A stretch of DNA of 64,000 bases. It comes from Alphaproteobacteria bacterium (GTDB lineage Bacteria > Pseudomonadota > Alphaproteobacteria > Micropepsales > Micropepsaceae). Position numbers and translations under genes: made by a program. This document shows positions 44,882 to 54,061 of the stretch, in pieces; positions within the stretch are counted from its first letter, which is position 1; the number at the start of each line of letters is the position of its first letter. The notes under the pieces were generated by a model. The model ran no database searches. It saw only the letters and a program-made list of their open reading frames with translations, and was not told where the DNA came from. The stretch lies in assembly GCA_052389895.1 (NCBI GenBank), contig JBQTHM010000006.1:2056-66055 (forward strand), given 5' to 3'.

Positions 44882-46692
44882 GCGGCGTGGCGCATTGGTT
44901 CGGCTGCCAGCGGCAGTTCAATAATGGCCGTGGTGCCTACATTGGGCGTGCTTTCGAGCACGAGCTTTCCGCCGTGCAGTTCGATAATCGCCTTTGCGAA
45001 AGGCAGCCCCACACCGGCGCCCTGCTGACGGCCATCAAGTGAGGAGCGGAGCCGGTGGAACGGCCGGACAATAATCGGCAGCAGATCCGGCTCGATTCCG
45101 GCGCCGCGATCGCAGATGCGCACAGTGAGGCGCTCCTGTTTAACCGCACCTGAAATAGTTACCTCGGCGCCTGCGGGCGAGAATTTCACGGCATTGTGCA
45201 GAAGATTGATAAAGGCTTGGCGCATCTTGGCGGCGTCTCCCGCCATGCGGGGCCACTGCGTCGCCTCGCTCGCCAACAAGATGCGGACGCCGGATTTTTC
45301 CGAGAAAGGCTTCAGCAGAATTACGCTTTCCCGTAACAGCACACCCGGTGCGATGGAGTCGTGGGCGATCTGGAGCCGTCCGGCCGCCGCTTCGGCTAGA
45401 TCGAGCATGCGCTGGACAAGCGCCAGGAGGTGATTGGCGCTTAACTGGATATCGCGCGCGTATTCGACATAGCGCCCCTGCCCCAGAGGGCCGAAAACCT
45501 GCTGTTCCAGCATACCGCTGAAACCAAGGATCGCGTTGAGCGGCGTGCGGAATTCATGGCTCATGTTGGTCAGAAACTGTGATTTGGCTTCGTTCGCGGT
45601 TACGGCTTGAGCCAGCGCAATCTCCATCGATTCAATGGCGCCTGTGAGGGCTGCTTCGCGCTCCGCGATCGCGCTGGTCATTTCGCGAAGCGCGTTGCCA
45701 AGACGCCCAACCTCGTGGCGCTGCCTGAAGACCGGCGGCGGCGTATAGTCGCCGGAAGCAATACGCTGCGCCACGGCAGCAAGTCCTTCCAGCGGCCGCG
45801 ATACGCCACGCACGATGAACATCGCGCCGCCGAGCGCGGCAAGCAGCGCAAGGATGAGAATGACAAGCATCGCGGTGACTATCGTGCGATAGACTGCAAG
45901 CGCTTCGTGGAGCGGATAGGCGACAACCGCGACAACAGGGGCGCTTTCCGCCAGCGTCTGCAGCCGGCCGACAACAGAAAGATACTCTCGGCCATCCGCC
46001 GCGGTGGCATGCGAGACGGCCTGCCCCGTGTCGGCGTAGCTGGTGGGGGGCAGAAGTCCGACCCGGTCGGCACTCTGCGCCGCAATGGTCCACGTCCCGT
46101 CCATTGCCTTTGTCGCCAGCGTGATGGAACGCGGCAGCGATGCAATCGACCTCAGCTTCTCCAGGAGCCCGTTATCCACAGGAATGAACGCCGCAATGAA
46201 CGCGATAGGGACGGGCGCGCGCACAGGTACCACGACAATCCAATAGATATATCCGTCGATGGCGGCGAGTGCGGTTCCTTTGTCCGCAGAAGCCGCTGCC
46301 TGAAGCAACTTTGGGAAGGGAAACTTACCGTCAGGCCCACCCGCTTGGCGCGTGTCTGCCGCGATCTCGCCCTGAAGCCCGATCAGGAGCATGCGCTCCG
46401 TGCCTATGCGGTGACCGTGATTGCGTAGAGCGGAGAGCTCGGTCTCGACGTCGCGTCTCGCAATGGCGGCTCGCAGCGCGTAGTCGAGCGAAAGAACCTG
46501 GACGCCGTCGGTCACCCGCTCGGAGAGAAAATCGAGCTGGCGCGTGAATTGCTCCAATTCTGCCGTAAGTTCGCGCTCGGCTTTCTTGACGAGGTCGCTT
46601 CGCACATAGCCGTAAATGAAGAGCGCGGTCAGGGCCTGCACGGCGACGAGCGTGACCACCAACAGGAGCGCGAGTCGATGGCGGAAGCTCAT
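44878..46692 (-). CDS. Sensor histidine kinase (periplasmic Cache-like domain, HAMP, HisKA, HATPase)
   Basis: TM1, a periplasmic region of about 250 aa, TM2, HAMP, H-box MSHEFRTPLNAILG, then DRGAGI and GAGVGL boxes. No response regulator is adjacent. Confidence 0.88.
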   Translation of the reverse strand: MSFRHRLALLLVVTLVAVQALTALFIYGYVRSDLVKKAERELTAELEQFTRQLDFLSERVTDGVQVLSLDYALRAAIARRDVETELSALRNHGHRIGTERMLLIGLQGEIAADTRQAGGPDGKFPFPKLLQAAASADKGTALAAIDGYIYWIVVVPVRAPVPIAFIAAFIPVDNGLLEKLRSIASLPRSITLATKAMDGTWTIAAQSADRVGLLPPTSYADTGQAVSHATAADGREYLSVVGRLQTLAESAPVVAVVAYPLHEALAVYRTIVTAMLVILILALLAALGGAMFIVRGVSRPLEGLAAVAQRIASGDYTPPPVFRQRHEVGRLGNALREMTSAIAEREAALTGAIESMEIALAQAVTANEAKSQFLTNMSHEFRTPLNAILGFSGMLEQQVFGPLGQGRYVEYARDIQLSANHLLALVQRMLDLAEAAAGRLQIAHDSIAPGVLLRESVILLKPFSEKSGVRILLASEATQWPRMAGDAAKMRQAFINLLHNAVKFSPAGAEVTISGAVKQERLTVRICDRGAGIEPDLLPIIVRPFHRLRSSLDGRQQGAGVGLPFAKAIIELHGGKLVLESTPNVGTTAIIELPLAAEPMRHAA

Positions 46693-46704
46693 GATGGCCG
46701 CCGC

Positions 46705-47361
46705 TCAGTAGGTCTTGCTGTGGGGGTGCTTTACGCCGCGATGGCGCGCCCGCAGCAGCGGGATGGAAAGCGAAACTTTTGCACCGGAGTCCGTCACGTT
46801 CAGCGTGGCGGCCTTCGGGTGGTGTCCCGGCATGATTTGCGGGTCCCACACGCTCACGCGGTAGCGCCCTGGAGAAACGTTGCGGATTGTTGCCTGGCCG
46901 CTTGCGTCGGCGCTGACCGCCCAGGGCGTTTCGGCCACATAGACGAACGTCACCATGTGGTCATGAATGTTGCAGCCGATTGCCGCCACGCCGGGTATGT
47001 CGAAACTGACGGGCGCAGAAGTACGCCCGCGGTCGATCTCGAGGGCGAACCTCTTGATATCCGAAAATGAATACACCTGATGCATCGTGTGATCGCTGTT
47101 GCGAGACGCCACGCGTCCGCCGCGCCGAACGATCGTGACCAGCGGAATGAAGGTCTCGTCGCGCTGATCGACGATGGCTTCGAGCGGGAGCTGCGACGCC
47201 GGCACCCTTGTATTTCCACCCTCGGGTAATAATTCGACCACGGCATGGGCTGCGGGGCTGCCGTCCGTCCCCGTCACTGCAACTTCAACCGTCGCAGCGA
47301 ACGTCGCCGCGTTCGGGCAAAGAACGAGCGCAATAAGTCCCAATTTGAGGCGCCGGCACAT
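46705..47361 (-). CDS. Periplasmic cupredoxin-like protein (type-1 copper site candidate)
   Basis: Signal peptide. HTMHQVYSF and GCNIHDHM (C-x2-H-x2-M, the spacing seen in amicyanin). I recall this family being annotated as 'methylamine utilization protein'. Confidence 0.6.
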   Translation of the reverse strand: MCRRLKLGLIALVLCPNAATFAATVEVAVTGTDGSPAAHAVVELLPEGGNTRVPASQLPLEAIVDQRDETFIPLVTIVRRGGRVASRNSDHTMHQVYSFSDIKRFALEIDRGRTSAPVSFDIPGVAAIGCNIHDHMVTFVYVAETPWAVSADASGQATIRNVSPGRYRVSVWDPQIMPGHHPKAATLNVTDSGAKVSLSIPLLRARHRGVKHPHSKTY

Positions 47362-47563
47362 GGCGACAATTTATGGTGCCGGAATTAATCCCCTCTTTAT
47401 TTCTGGCTAATGGGAAGTAACCAAGAACCGTCTCGCCACACGGGGCGGCGGCCGCGATGCCGGCAAACTAAACTTTGTGGTTACCGCAGCCAGGGACTCA
47501 GGTTCTGGTTGTAGGGCTTTGCCGGCGCCAATTTATCCTTGACTTTCAAGCCTCTCCACCGGT

Positions 47564-47579
47564 TTAATTCTTTGTTAAC
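47564..47579. promoter_or_regulatory. CtrA-box consensus TTAA-N7-TTAAC
   Basis: TTAA at 47564-47567, a 7-nt spacer, TTAAC at 47575-47579. Lies in the AT-rich intergenic region 113 nt upstream of ATG 47692. Confidence 0.4.
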
Positions 47580-47691
47580 CATGTAACCGGTGCGTTTGTT
47601 CGAGGGTCGGGCAAATGAGTCGGCGCGACCCTGGTGAGCGGGGCACGCGCTGCAACCTCGAGCGGCCATCACCGGCAGGTGAGGTGTCGCA

Positions 47692-49137
47692 ATGTTGGCG
47701 TATGAAGAGTTGCGTGGCTCGCAAGGCCGCGAGGTGTGGTTTCGCCCGCCCCGGTACGAAGCAAGAAAACTTTTTCCGCATGTCTTGCCGCGCGTTCGCG
47801 TCGGCGGTCATCTTTACAACCTTCAAAACATCAGCCTCGGCGGCGTTGCCGCGCTCGCGCAGCACGGCGCGGATTCCCCGCTTGAGGTCGGCGAAGTCGT
47901 ACCGCTGACAATCCAGCAGTCGGGCCTTTCCATTTTTGAAAGCGAAGCGCGCGTCTGCCGTACGGAGACGACGGTATTTGGCACGAAGGTCGCCTTTCAC
48001 TTCCTCAACAATCACGTCGAATTTGAAACGCTCCTCAACCGCAATACGCAGGCACAGATTGCCCGCCGCTCGGCGATGCTCAACGGCGAACTGAGCCAGC
48101 TCGTGTCCAAGGACTATCGCGCGTTCTGTTCCGATGTCTTAAACGTGCTGCGCTCCTACCGTGTCGTGCTCGACGAAAATGCGAATCTGGCGCGCCAGTT
48201 CGGGCACGGTTTCGACGAAGGCGGCGCATTCGAGGCGTGCATCGAACCCCTTCTTTCGCAATGGCGTGCGCTATGGCGCATGGGCAACGATCTCGCTCGC
48301 GCAGTGGAACACAAGCGCGAGGCTCTAGAGGCCAGCAAGGAATTCACGGAAATCGTGCTTACGCCCGAAATGCGTGGCGGCGCCATATGGGAGCGCAGCT
48401 ACGCCAAGCCGTTCGGCTATCCTGGCGATTTTGGCGTCATGAACCAGGTTTACGATTGGGAGCGGCGGGGCAATGACGTCTATCAGATGTTGCTCCATCG
48501 GCTGGGACTGGAAGTCGCAGAATGCATCAAGACGCGCATGGAAGTGGTCAAGGGCGTCATCTCGCGACTGTTGCGCGAGAGGGGGGCGGACGGAACGGCG
48601 CAGGTCATGAGTCTCGGGTCCGGACCCGCCCGTGAAGTCGAGCTGTATCTCGCTGGCACCCACGTCTTGCCGGCCCGAGCCGAATTCACCCTAATCGATC
48701 AAGAGCAGGCAGCCCTGCGCTACGCCTTTGAGAAGACGTATCCGCATATTGTCCGGCTGAAGCAACATGCGCGCGTGCGCTGTCTCAATATGTCGTTCAC
48801 GGAGATACTCAAGAGCAATGAGGCATTTGAGGCCGTGCCGCCCCAGGATCTTATCTATTCGGTTGGGCTGCTCGACTACCTCGTGGACCGGCGTGCCGCG
48901 CGCCTGACGCAAAGTCTGTACAACACCCTTGCACACGGTGGCCTGCTCATCATCGGCAATATGAACGAAACCGAACTCAGCAATCTCTGGCCAATGGAGT
49001 TCATTGCCGACTGGACGCTGCATTATCGCGACGGAAAGCAGATGCTGGCATGGGTCGACGGCCTGCGACCCGCGCAAGCGTGGACCGAGCTCGATCCCAC
49101 GGGCCGCGTACGTCTCTTGTACGTGCGGAAACCCTAA
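47692..49137 (+). CDS. PilZ domain - helical linker - class I SAM-dependent methyltransferase fusion (PhcB-like C-terminal part)
   Basis: N-terminus has RYEAR (RxxxR) and NISLGG ([D/N]xSxxG). C-terminus has VMSLGSGPAREV (motif I), DLIYSVGLLDYL and GGLLIIGN. The linker ends in KPFGYPGDFGVMNQVY. Confidence 0.7.
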   Translation: MLAYEELRGSQGREVWFRPPRYEARKLFPHVLPRVRVGGHLYNLQNISLGGVAALAQHGADSPLEVGEVVPLTIQQSGLSIFESEARVCRTETTVFGTKVAFHFLNNHVEFETLLNRNTQAQIARRSAMLNGELSQLVSKDYRAFCSDVLNVLRSYRVVLDENANLARQFGHGFDEGGAFEACIEPLLSQWRALWRMGNDLARAVEHKREALEASKEFTEIVLTPEMRGGAIWERSYAKPFGYPGDFGVMNQVYDWERRGNDVYQMLLHRLGLEVAECIKTRMEVVKGVISRLLRERGADGTAQVMSLGSGPAREVELYLAGTHVLPARAEFTLIDQEQAALRYAFEKTYPHIVRLKQHARVRCLNMSFTEILKSNEAFEAVPPQDLIYSVGLLDYLVDRRAARLTQSLYNTLAHGGLLIIGNMNETELSNLWPMEFIADWTLHYRDGKQMLAWVDGLRPAQAWTELDPTGRVRLLYVRKP

Positions 49138-50558
49138 CCCGCAGCCTTCAACGGCAGGACAGTCCCGCGCTCCACATAACGGCTCGGGGGAAGCCACACG
49201 GTTGCGGTCGTGCCCTTGCCGAGCTCGCTTTCGAGCGTGAGCTTGCCGCCATGGAGTTGAGCGAGTCGGTCGGCGTAGGGAAGCCCAAGCCCTGTGCCGC
49301 CATGGCGGCGCGCCAAGGAACTTTCGACCTGCTCGAACGGGCGCAGCACGCGCGGGATCTCTTCCGCGGGGATACCGATCCCAGTGTCGATAACTTTTAT
49401 TACAACGCCTTCCTCGCGGCTCGCCGCAATCGAGAAGCGGATTTCGCCCCCTTCGCGCGTGAATTTCACGGCGTTGGAAACCAAATTCAGCACGAGCTGG
49501 AAGAGTAGCCTTTCGTCGGCGCGCACGAAGATCGGATGCACATTTTGCGGCGGTATGACGCGCACGCGAACGGCCTGGGCCGGGCCCTGGCACATGCGGA
49601 TGCAACGCCCAACCAGCTCGACGACGTCCACATCGCGCTCTTCAAGTTCGAGTTTCCCCGACTCCGCCTTAGCGAGGTCAAGAATGTCGTTGATGATCGA
49701 AAGCAGATGCGACCCGCTGCGGTGTATGTCATTGACGTAGTCGGTGTACTTCTCGTTGCCGAGCGGCCCATACATCTGCCGTTTGAGAATGTCGGAAAAC
49801 CCGATCACGGCATTTAGAGGCGTGCGCAACTCGTGGCTCATGGTGGCCAGGAATTCGCTCTTGGAACGGTTCGCCTTGTGCGCCTCCTGCAGCAGAACGT
49901 TGAGCAAAGCGTTTTTTGCCTCGATAATTCTTTGGCTGGCGTAGGCTTTGCGGATGTAGGTCTCCTCGATGTAGCCGGAGAAAAGTCCCACGCCCGTTGC
50001 CATTACGAGGAAGAAATCGTTGCTGATCGCCATTTCGCTAGGGATGGGATTTATCCACCAGCATACCGCCTGGTATGCAGCCACGAGCACGACCGATATC
50101 CAGAGCGAATGGATGAAGCGCAAGCGAATGAGGGTGCCGCAGTAGATCACAACCATGATAAGGCCGGCGTAGTACTGACTGTTGAAGGGTGCGTCCATAA
50201 TGGCGGTCATCGCCACAATGCTGAGCCCGGCCACCATCATGGTGGAGCCCAGCGCCGCCTGCGCATATTTGTGGAAGTTGCGGGAAAATGTGAGGGCGAG
50301 CACCGCAAACAGGAAGGGCGTCACGGCGCCGTACCGGATCGCCCAAAGGGCGAGATAATTGTCGCCGCCCACTATGCGATCGAGAATTCCGAACATCATG
50401 TAAAGGAATGTGCCGGCGATAATGTAGGTGCGGATGAAATTCATCGATTGTGCGAGAGATTCTCGCGCAAACTTCGCTTCGGCCTGCGGGTCGCGAAACC
50501 GCAGCCGGACCCGGTCAAGCTCGAAGCTCTGCTCGGTTGATTCAAATGCCGAGGACAA
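49134..50558 (-). CDS. Histidine kinase with integral-membrane (about 6 TM) sensor block
   Basis: N-terminal polytopic domain with no sizeable periplasmic loop. H-box MSHELRTPLNAVIG, then DTGIGI and GTGLGL boxes. Its 3' end overlaps the PilZ-MTase gene by 4 nt. Confidence 0.85.
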   Translation of the reverse strand: MSSAFESTEQSFELDRVRLRFRDPQAEAKFARESLAQSMNFIRTYIIAGTFLYMMFGILDRIVGGDNYLALWAIRYGAVTPFLFAVLALTFSRNFHKYAQAALGSTMMVAGLSIVAMTAIMDAPFNSQYYAGLIMVVIYCGTLIRLRFIHSLWISVVLVAAYQAVCWWINPIPSEMAISNDFFLVMATGVGLFSGYIEETYIRKAYASQRIIEAKNALLNVLLQEAHKANRSKSEFLATMSHELRTPLNAVIGFSDILKRQMYGPLGNEKYTDYVNDIHRSGSHLLSIINDILDLAKAESGKLELEERDVDVVELVGRCIRMCQGPAQAVRVRVIPPQNVHPIFVRADERLLFQLVLNLVSNAVKFTREGGEIRFSIAASREEGVVIKVIDTGIGIPAEEIPRVLRPFEQVESSLARRHGGTGLGLPYADRLAQLHGGKLTLESELGKGTTATVWLPPSRYVERGTVLPLKAAG

Positions 50559-50733
50559 CGCGCATTTCGCCCAAAATAACCGCGCTCATCCTCGTGGGAA
50601 GGGATAAACGATCAAATAATCGGGTTCCTGTTAGCAACTTATTCTTTTTCGTTGCTTAAGCGTTTACCGCGCATGCAACTAAAACTTAACTCTTGTTTGC
50701 CGAGAATTGGCGGGCTTTCACCGGGGGCAGGGG

Positions 50734-52068
50734 ATGCGCGGCTATGCGACAGGCGTTTTGGCGGCTGGCTGCGTCTTGCTGGCGCAATTCGCACATGCTG
50801 CCGGTTACGGCCTGCGCGAGCACGGCGCGGACGCGGTCGGCGCCGCCTATGCCGGGGCAAGCGCCACGGCAACGGATGCAAGCTATCTTGCCTATAACCC
50901 GGCGGCGCTCGGCTTTGTGGATGACTCCGACTTAGCCCTTAGCCTCGCCGGCATATTTCCCACGTCTTCCGCGAACTATAGCGCGACAACATCTGCGCTT
51001 ACGCCCGTGGGCGGGCAGAACCGCCCCGATGGCTTCATCGACAATGCGGCGCTGCCGCAGATCGCCCTCCGGTTGCGCTTGGACGATAAATGGGCGATCG
51101 GCGTTTCTGTCACCGCGCCTTGGGGCCTCAGCACCGACTATCCGGAAGATTGGGTCGGGCGCTACTATGCGCTGCAAACCAAGCTCGTGACGGTGAATAT
51201 TGCACCGGTCGTTTCCTATACGATCGCGCCCGGTTTTGTTGTGGCGGCGGGCCCGGTGGCGCAATACGCGGACGGCAAGTTGTCCTCTGCCGTGGATGTA
51301 GGAACATTGGGCGCTCTCCTCGCCATCCCCGGTTCGATCCCGGGCGCGCAGGATATCAAGGCACGCTACAGTGCGGACGCCTGGGGCTGGGGCTTTACCG
51401 TTGGCGCCATGGCCGAGCTGAATGAGGCTGTTACACTCGGCGTTGCGTATCGCTCGGAAATCGACACCGATTTCGACGGCAAGCTCGATTTTCAACTGGG
51501 AGGCAATCCGATTGCGCTTGCCATTAACGGCGCAACGGGACTTTTTTCCGACACGCCTGCTACGACGTCGCTGACGACACCGGCAACCCTGCACGTCGGG
51601 GCGCGCGTCAGGCTGAATGAGCGCTGGACGCTCCTCGGCGAAGCCGACTGGACCGATTGGTCGGCCTTCGACGAGTTGCGGATCAAAGCGAAGAATCCGG
51701 CGCAACCTGACGATGTGACGCCCGCGGATTGGAAGGGCGCATGGCTCTTCGCCGCCGGGCTGGAATTTCAGGCCGACGAGCGCTGGTCGCTGAAAGCGGG
51801 AGCCGCCTATGACGAAAGCCCGGTTCCCGATTCCACTTTTGGCCCGCGCATTCCCGATGCCGATCGCACCTGGATCGCGCTGGGGGCGCGTTACCGCATG
51901 AGCGAACGATCGCATGTATCGTTCGCGCTCGCGCATTTGTTTCTCCCCGAGCGCGATGCGCACCTGTCCGCTCTGCAGCCTGCGAACGCGCTGAGAGGCA
52001 ACCTGGACGGATCATCGGAATCCGGCGTGACCGTCGTTGCCGTGGAGTTTTCCTTTCCGCTGAACTGA
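50734..52068 (+). CDS. fadL: OmpP1/FadL/TodX family outer-membrane transporter of hydrophobic compounds
   Basis: ATG 50734. Signal peptide ...LAQFAHA|AGYGLREHGADAVGAAYAG (typical FadL N-terminus). C-terminal ...VAVEFSFPLN. Confidence 0.85.
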   Translation: MRGYATGVLAAGCVLLAQFAHAAGYGLREHGADAVGAAYAGASATATDASYLAYNPAALGFVDDSDLALSLAGIFPTSSANYSATTSALTPVGGQNRPDGFIDNAALPQIALRLRLDDKWAIGVSVTAPWGLSTDYPEDWVGRYYALQTKLVTVNIAPVVSYTIAPGFVVAAGPVAQYADGKLSSAVDVGTLGALLAIPGSIPGAQDIKARYSADAWGWGFTVGAMAELNEAVTLGVAYRSEIDTDFDGKLDFQLGGNPIALAINGATGLFSDTPATTSLTTPATLHVGARVRLNERWTLLGEADWTDWSAFDELRIKAKNPAQPDDVTPADWKGAWLFAAGLEFQADERWSLKAGAAYDESPVPDSTFGPRIPDADRTWIALGARYRMSERSHVSFALAHLFLPERDAHLSALQPANALRGNLDGSSESGVTVVAVEFSFPLN

Positions 52069-52167
52069 CCACTATTGCCTGGCAGCGAATTTCAAAATAA
52101 CGCCCGCCGGCCTTGCCCTTGCCCCTGTCTATAGGCGAGGTTTCGCCCGCACCTTTTGGGGATTGGC

Positions 52168-53925
52168 ATGCTTGTGCGAAAGGTGACGCGCGCCGTCCCT
52201 TGGCTGGTTGCCGGGGCGTTCGCGCTTTCTATTGCCGTACATTCGCATGCGGCGGAAACGCCCCGCTATGACGTGCTCATTCGCGGCGGCGCGATTTACG
52301 ACGGCACGGGTGAGAAATCGTTCGTCGGCGACGTCGCCGTCGCCGGCGACCGCATTGTTTTTGTCGGGCGGAAAGCGGTCGGCGGCGCACGGCACCTGAT
52401 TGATGCGCGCGGCCTGGCCGTGGCGCCGGGCTTTATCAACATGCTGAGCTGGTCCACCGAATCTCTGATCGTGGACGGGCGCGGCCAAAGCGAACTCAGG
52501 CAGGGCATCACGCTCGAAGTGATGGGCGAAGGCTGGTCCATGGGGCCGCTCAACGAGCCGATGAAGCGGCTGGCAGAGCAGCGCCAGGGCGACATCAAGT
52601 TCAAGATCACCTGGACGACACTTGGCGAATATCTCGATACCCTTCAGAAAAGGGGAATCTCTCTCAATGTTGCCTCGTTCGTCGGCGCCACGACCGTGCG
52701 TATTCACGAGCTCGGCGAAGGCAACGTGCAGCCCAATGCGGCGCAACTCAATCGCATGCGCTCGCTTGTGCGCAAAGCAATGGAGGAGGGAGCGCTCGGT
52801 CTCGGCTCGTCGCTCATTTACGCGCCGGCGAACTACGCGCGCACGCCGGAATTGGCGGCACTGGCGGAAGAGGCGGGCGCCTGCGGAGGAATCTACATTT
52901 CCCACATTCGCAGCGAGGGCGACAAAATCGAAGCCGCGCTTGACGAATTGTTCGCGATCAGCCGCACGGCGAAGGTGCCGGCGGAAATCTATCACTTGAA
53001 GGCTGCAGGCAAATCGAACTGGCGGTAACTCCCTGCGGTGCTCGATAAGATCGGCACGGCGCGCGCGCAAGGGCTGCGGATCACCGCGAACATGTACGTC
53101 TATGAGGCCGGTGCCACCGGGCTCGATGCGGCGATGCCGCCTTGGGTGCAGGCGGGCGGACTGGAAGCATGGATTGCCCGTCTGAAAGATCCGGGAATCC
53201 GCAAACGTGTCATTGCCGAAATGCGCGATCCCAAACCGGCATGGGAGAACCTGTACGCGCATTCCGGCGCGGACGGTGTGCTCTTCCTTGGCTTCAAATC
53301 GGAAAAGCTGAAGCCGCTTACAGGCAAGAAGCTGAGCGAGGTAGCGCGAATGCGCGGCGCCAGCCCCGAGGACACGATCATTGATCTTGTGATCGAAGAC
53401 GATTCCCGCGTGGACGTCGCCTATTTTCTCATGGCCGAGGAAAACATCGCCAGGCAGGTCGCGCTTCCATATGTAAGCTTCGGTTCGGACGAAGCCGCAC
53501 GCGCCCCCGAAGGCGTTTTTCTCAAGTCGAACCCCCACCCGCGCGCTTACGGAAATTTCGCCAGACTGCTCGGCAAGTATGTTCGCGAAGAAAAGCGCGT
53601 AGAATTGGCCGAGGCCATCCGCCGGCTGACGTCCCTTCCGGCTGCCAATCTTGCATTGCGCGGCCGCGGTCTTCTGCGCAAAGGCTACTTCGCTGATGTG
53701 GTCGTATTCGATCCGAAAACCATCCGCGACCATGCCACCTACGAAAACCCTCAGCGCTACGCTACGGGCGTGCGCCACGTGCTGGTCAATGGCGTGCTGG
53801 CGCTCAAAGACGGTGAACCCACGGACGCGCGCCCGGGCCGTGTCGTACGCGGCCGTGCCTGGAAGGGCTGGCACGACGGCGGCTGCCGCAAGTCCGGCGC
53901 GGAGTGGCGCTGGGCGAGGAGCTGA
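52168..53925 (+). pseudogene. N-acyl-D-amino-acid deacylase (D-aminoacylase) family gene interrupted by an in-frame TAA
   Basis: ORFs 52156..53028 and 53038..53925 are in the same frame and are separated only by TAA at 53026-53028 (...HLKAAGKSNWR*LPAVLDKIG...). Together they form one amidohydrolase (DVLIRGGAIYDGTG, APGFINMLSW, FGSDEAA). Confidence 0.75.
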
Positions 53926-54061
53926 CCACCATTAAGCATTTGTTTCGGAGCGGTTTTTTCCTGTCCGGCGCGCCGCAACCTTGAGTGCAGCCCAAGCGTT
54001 ATGTTGCCTCGGGATGGCGCGCGGGGAGCCTGCCGTGGGATCGGGGCGGCCAGTCGCATTC

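Noticed and set aside
47481-47672. 63-aa minus-strand track ORF in the cupredoxin/PilZ-MTase intergenic region
   Set aside because: The N-terminal half (MMAARGCSACPAHQGRAD...) looks non-coding. Only the 33-codon distal part is noted as a speculative small ORF in a finding.
52129-53874. 581-aa uninterrupted minus-strand ORF opposite the stop-interrupted D-aminoacylase gene
   Set aside because: It is tempting because the sense gene is broken. However, the plus strand carries clear amidohydrolase motifs on both sides of the stop, and the antisense product looks like the well-known spurious GC-rich shadow ORF type.
53926-54061. Possible riboswitch (for example cobalamin) in the leader of the TonB-dependent receptor
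   Set aside because: I could not find a B12 box or any other conserved riboswitch core in the 136-nt spacer.
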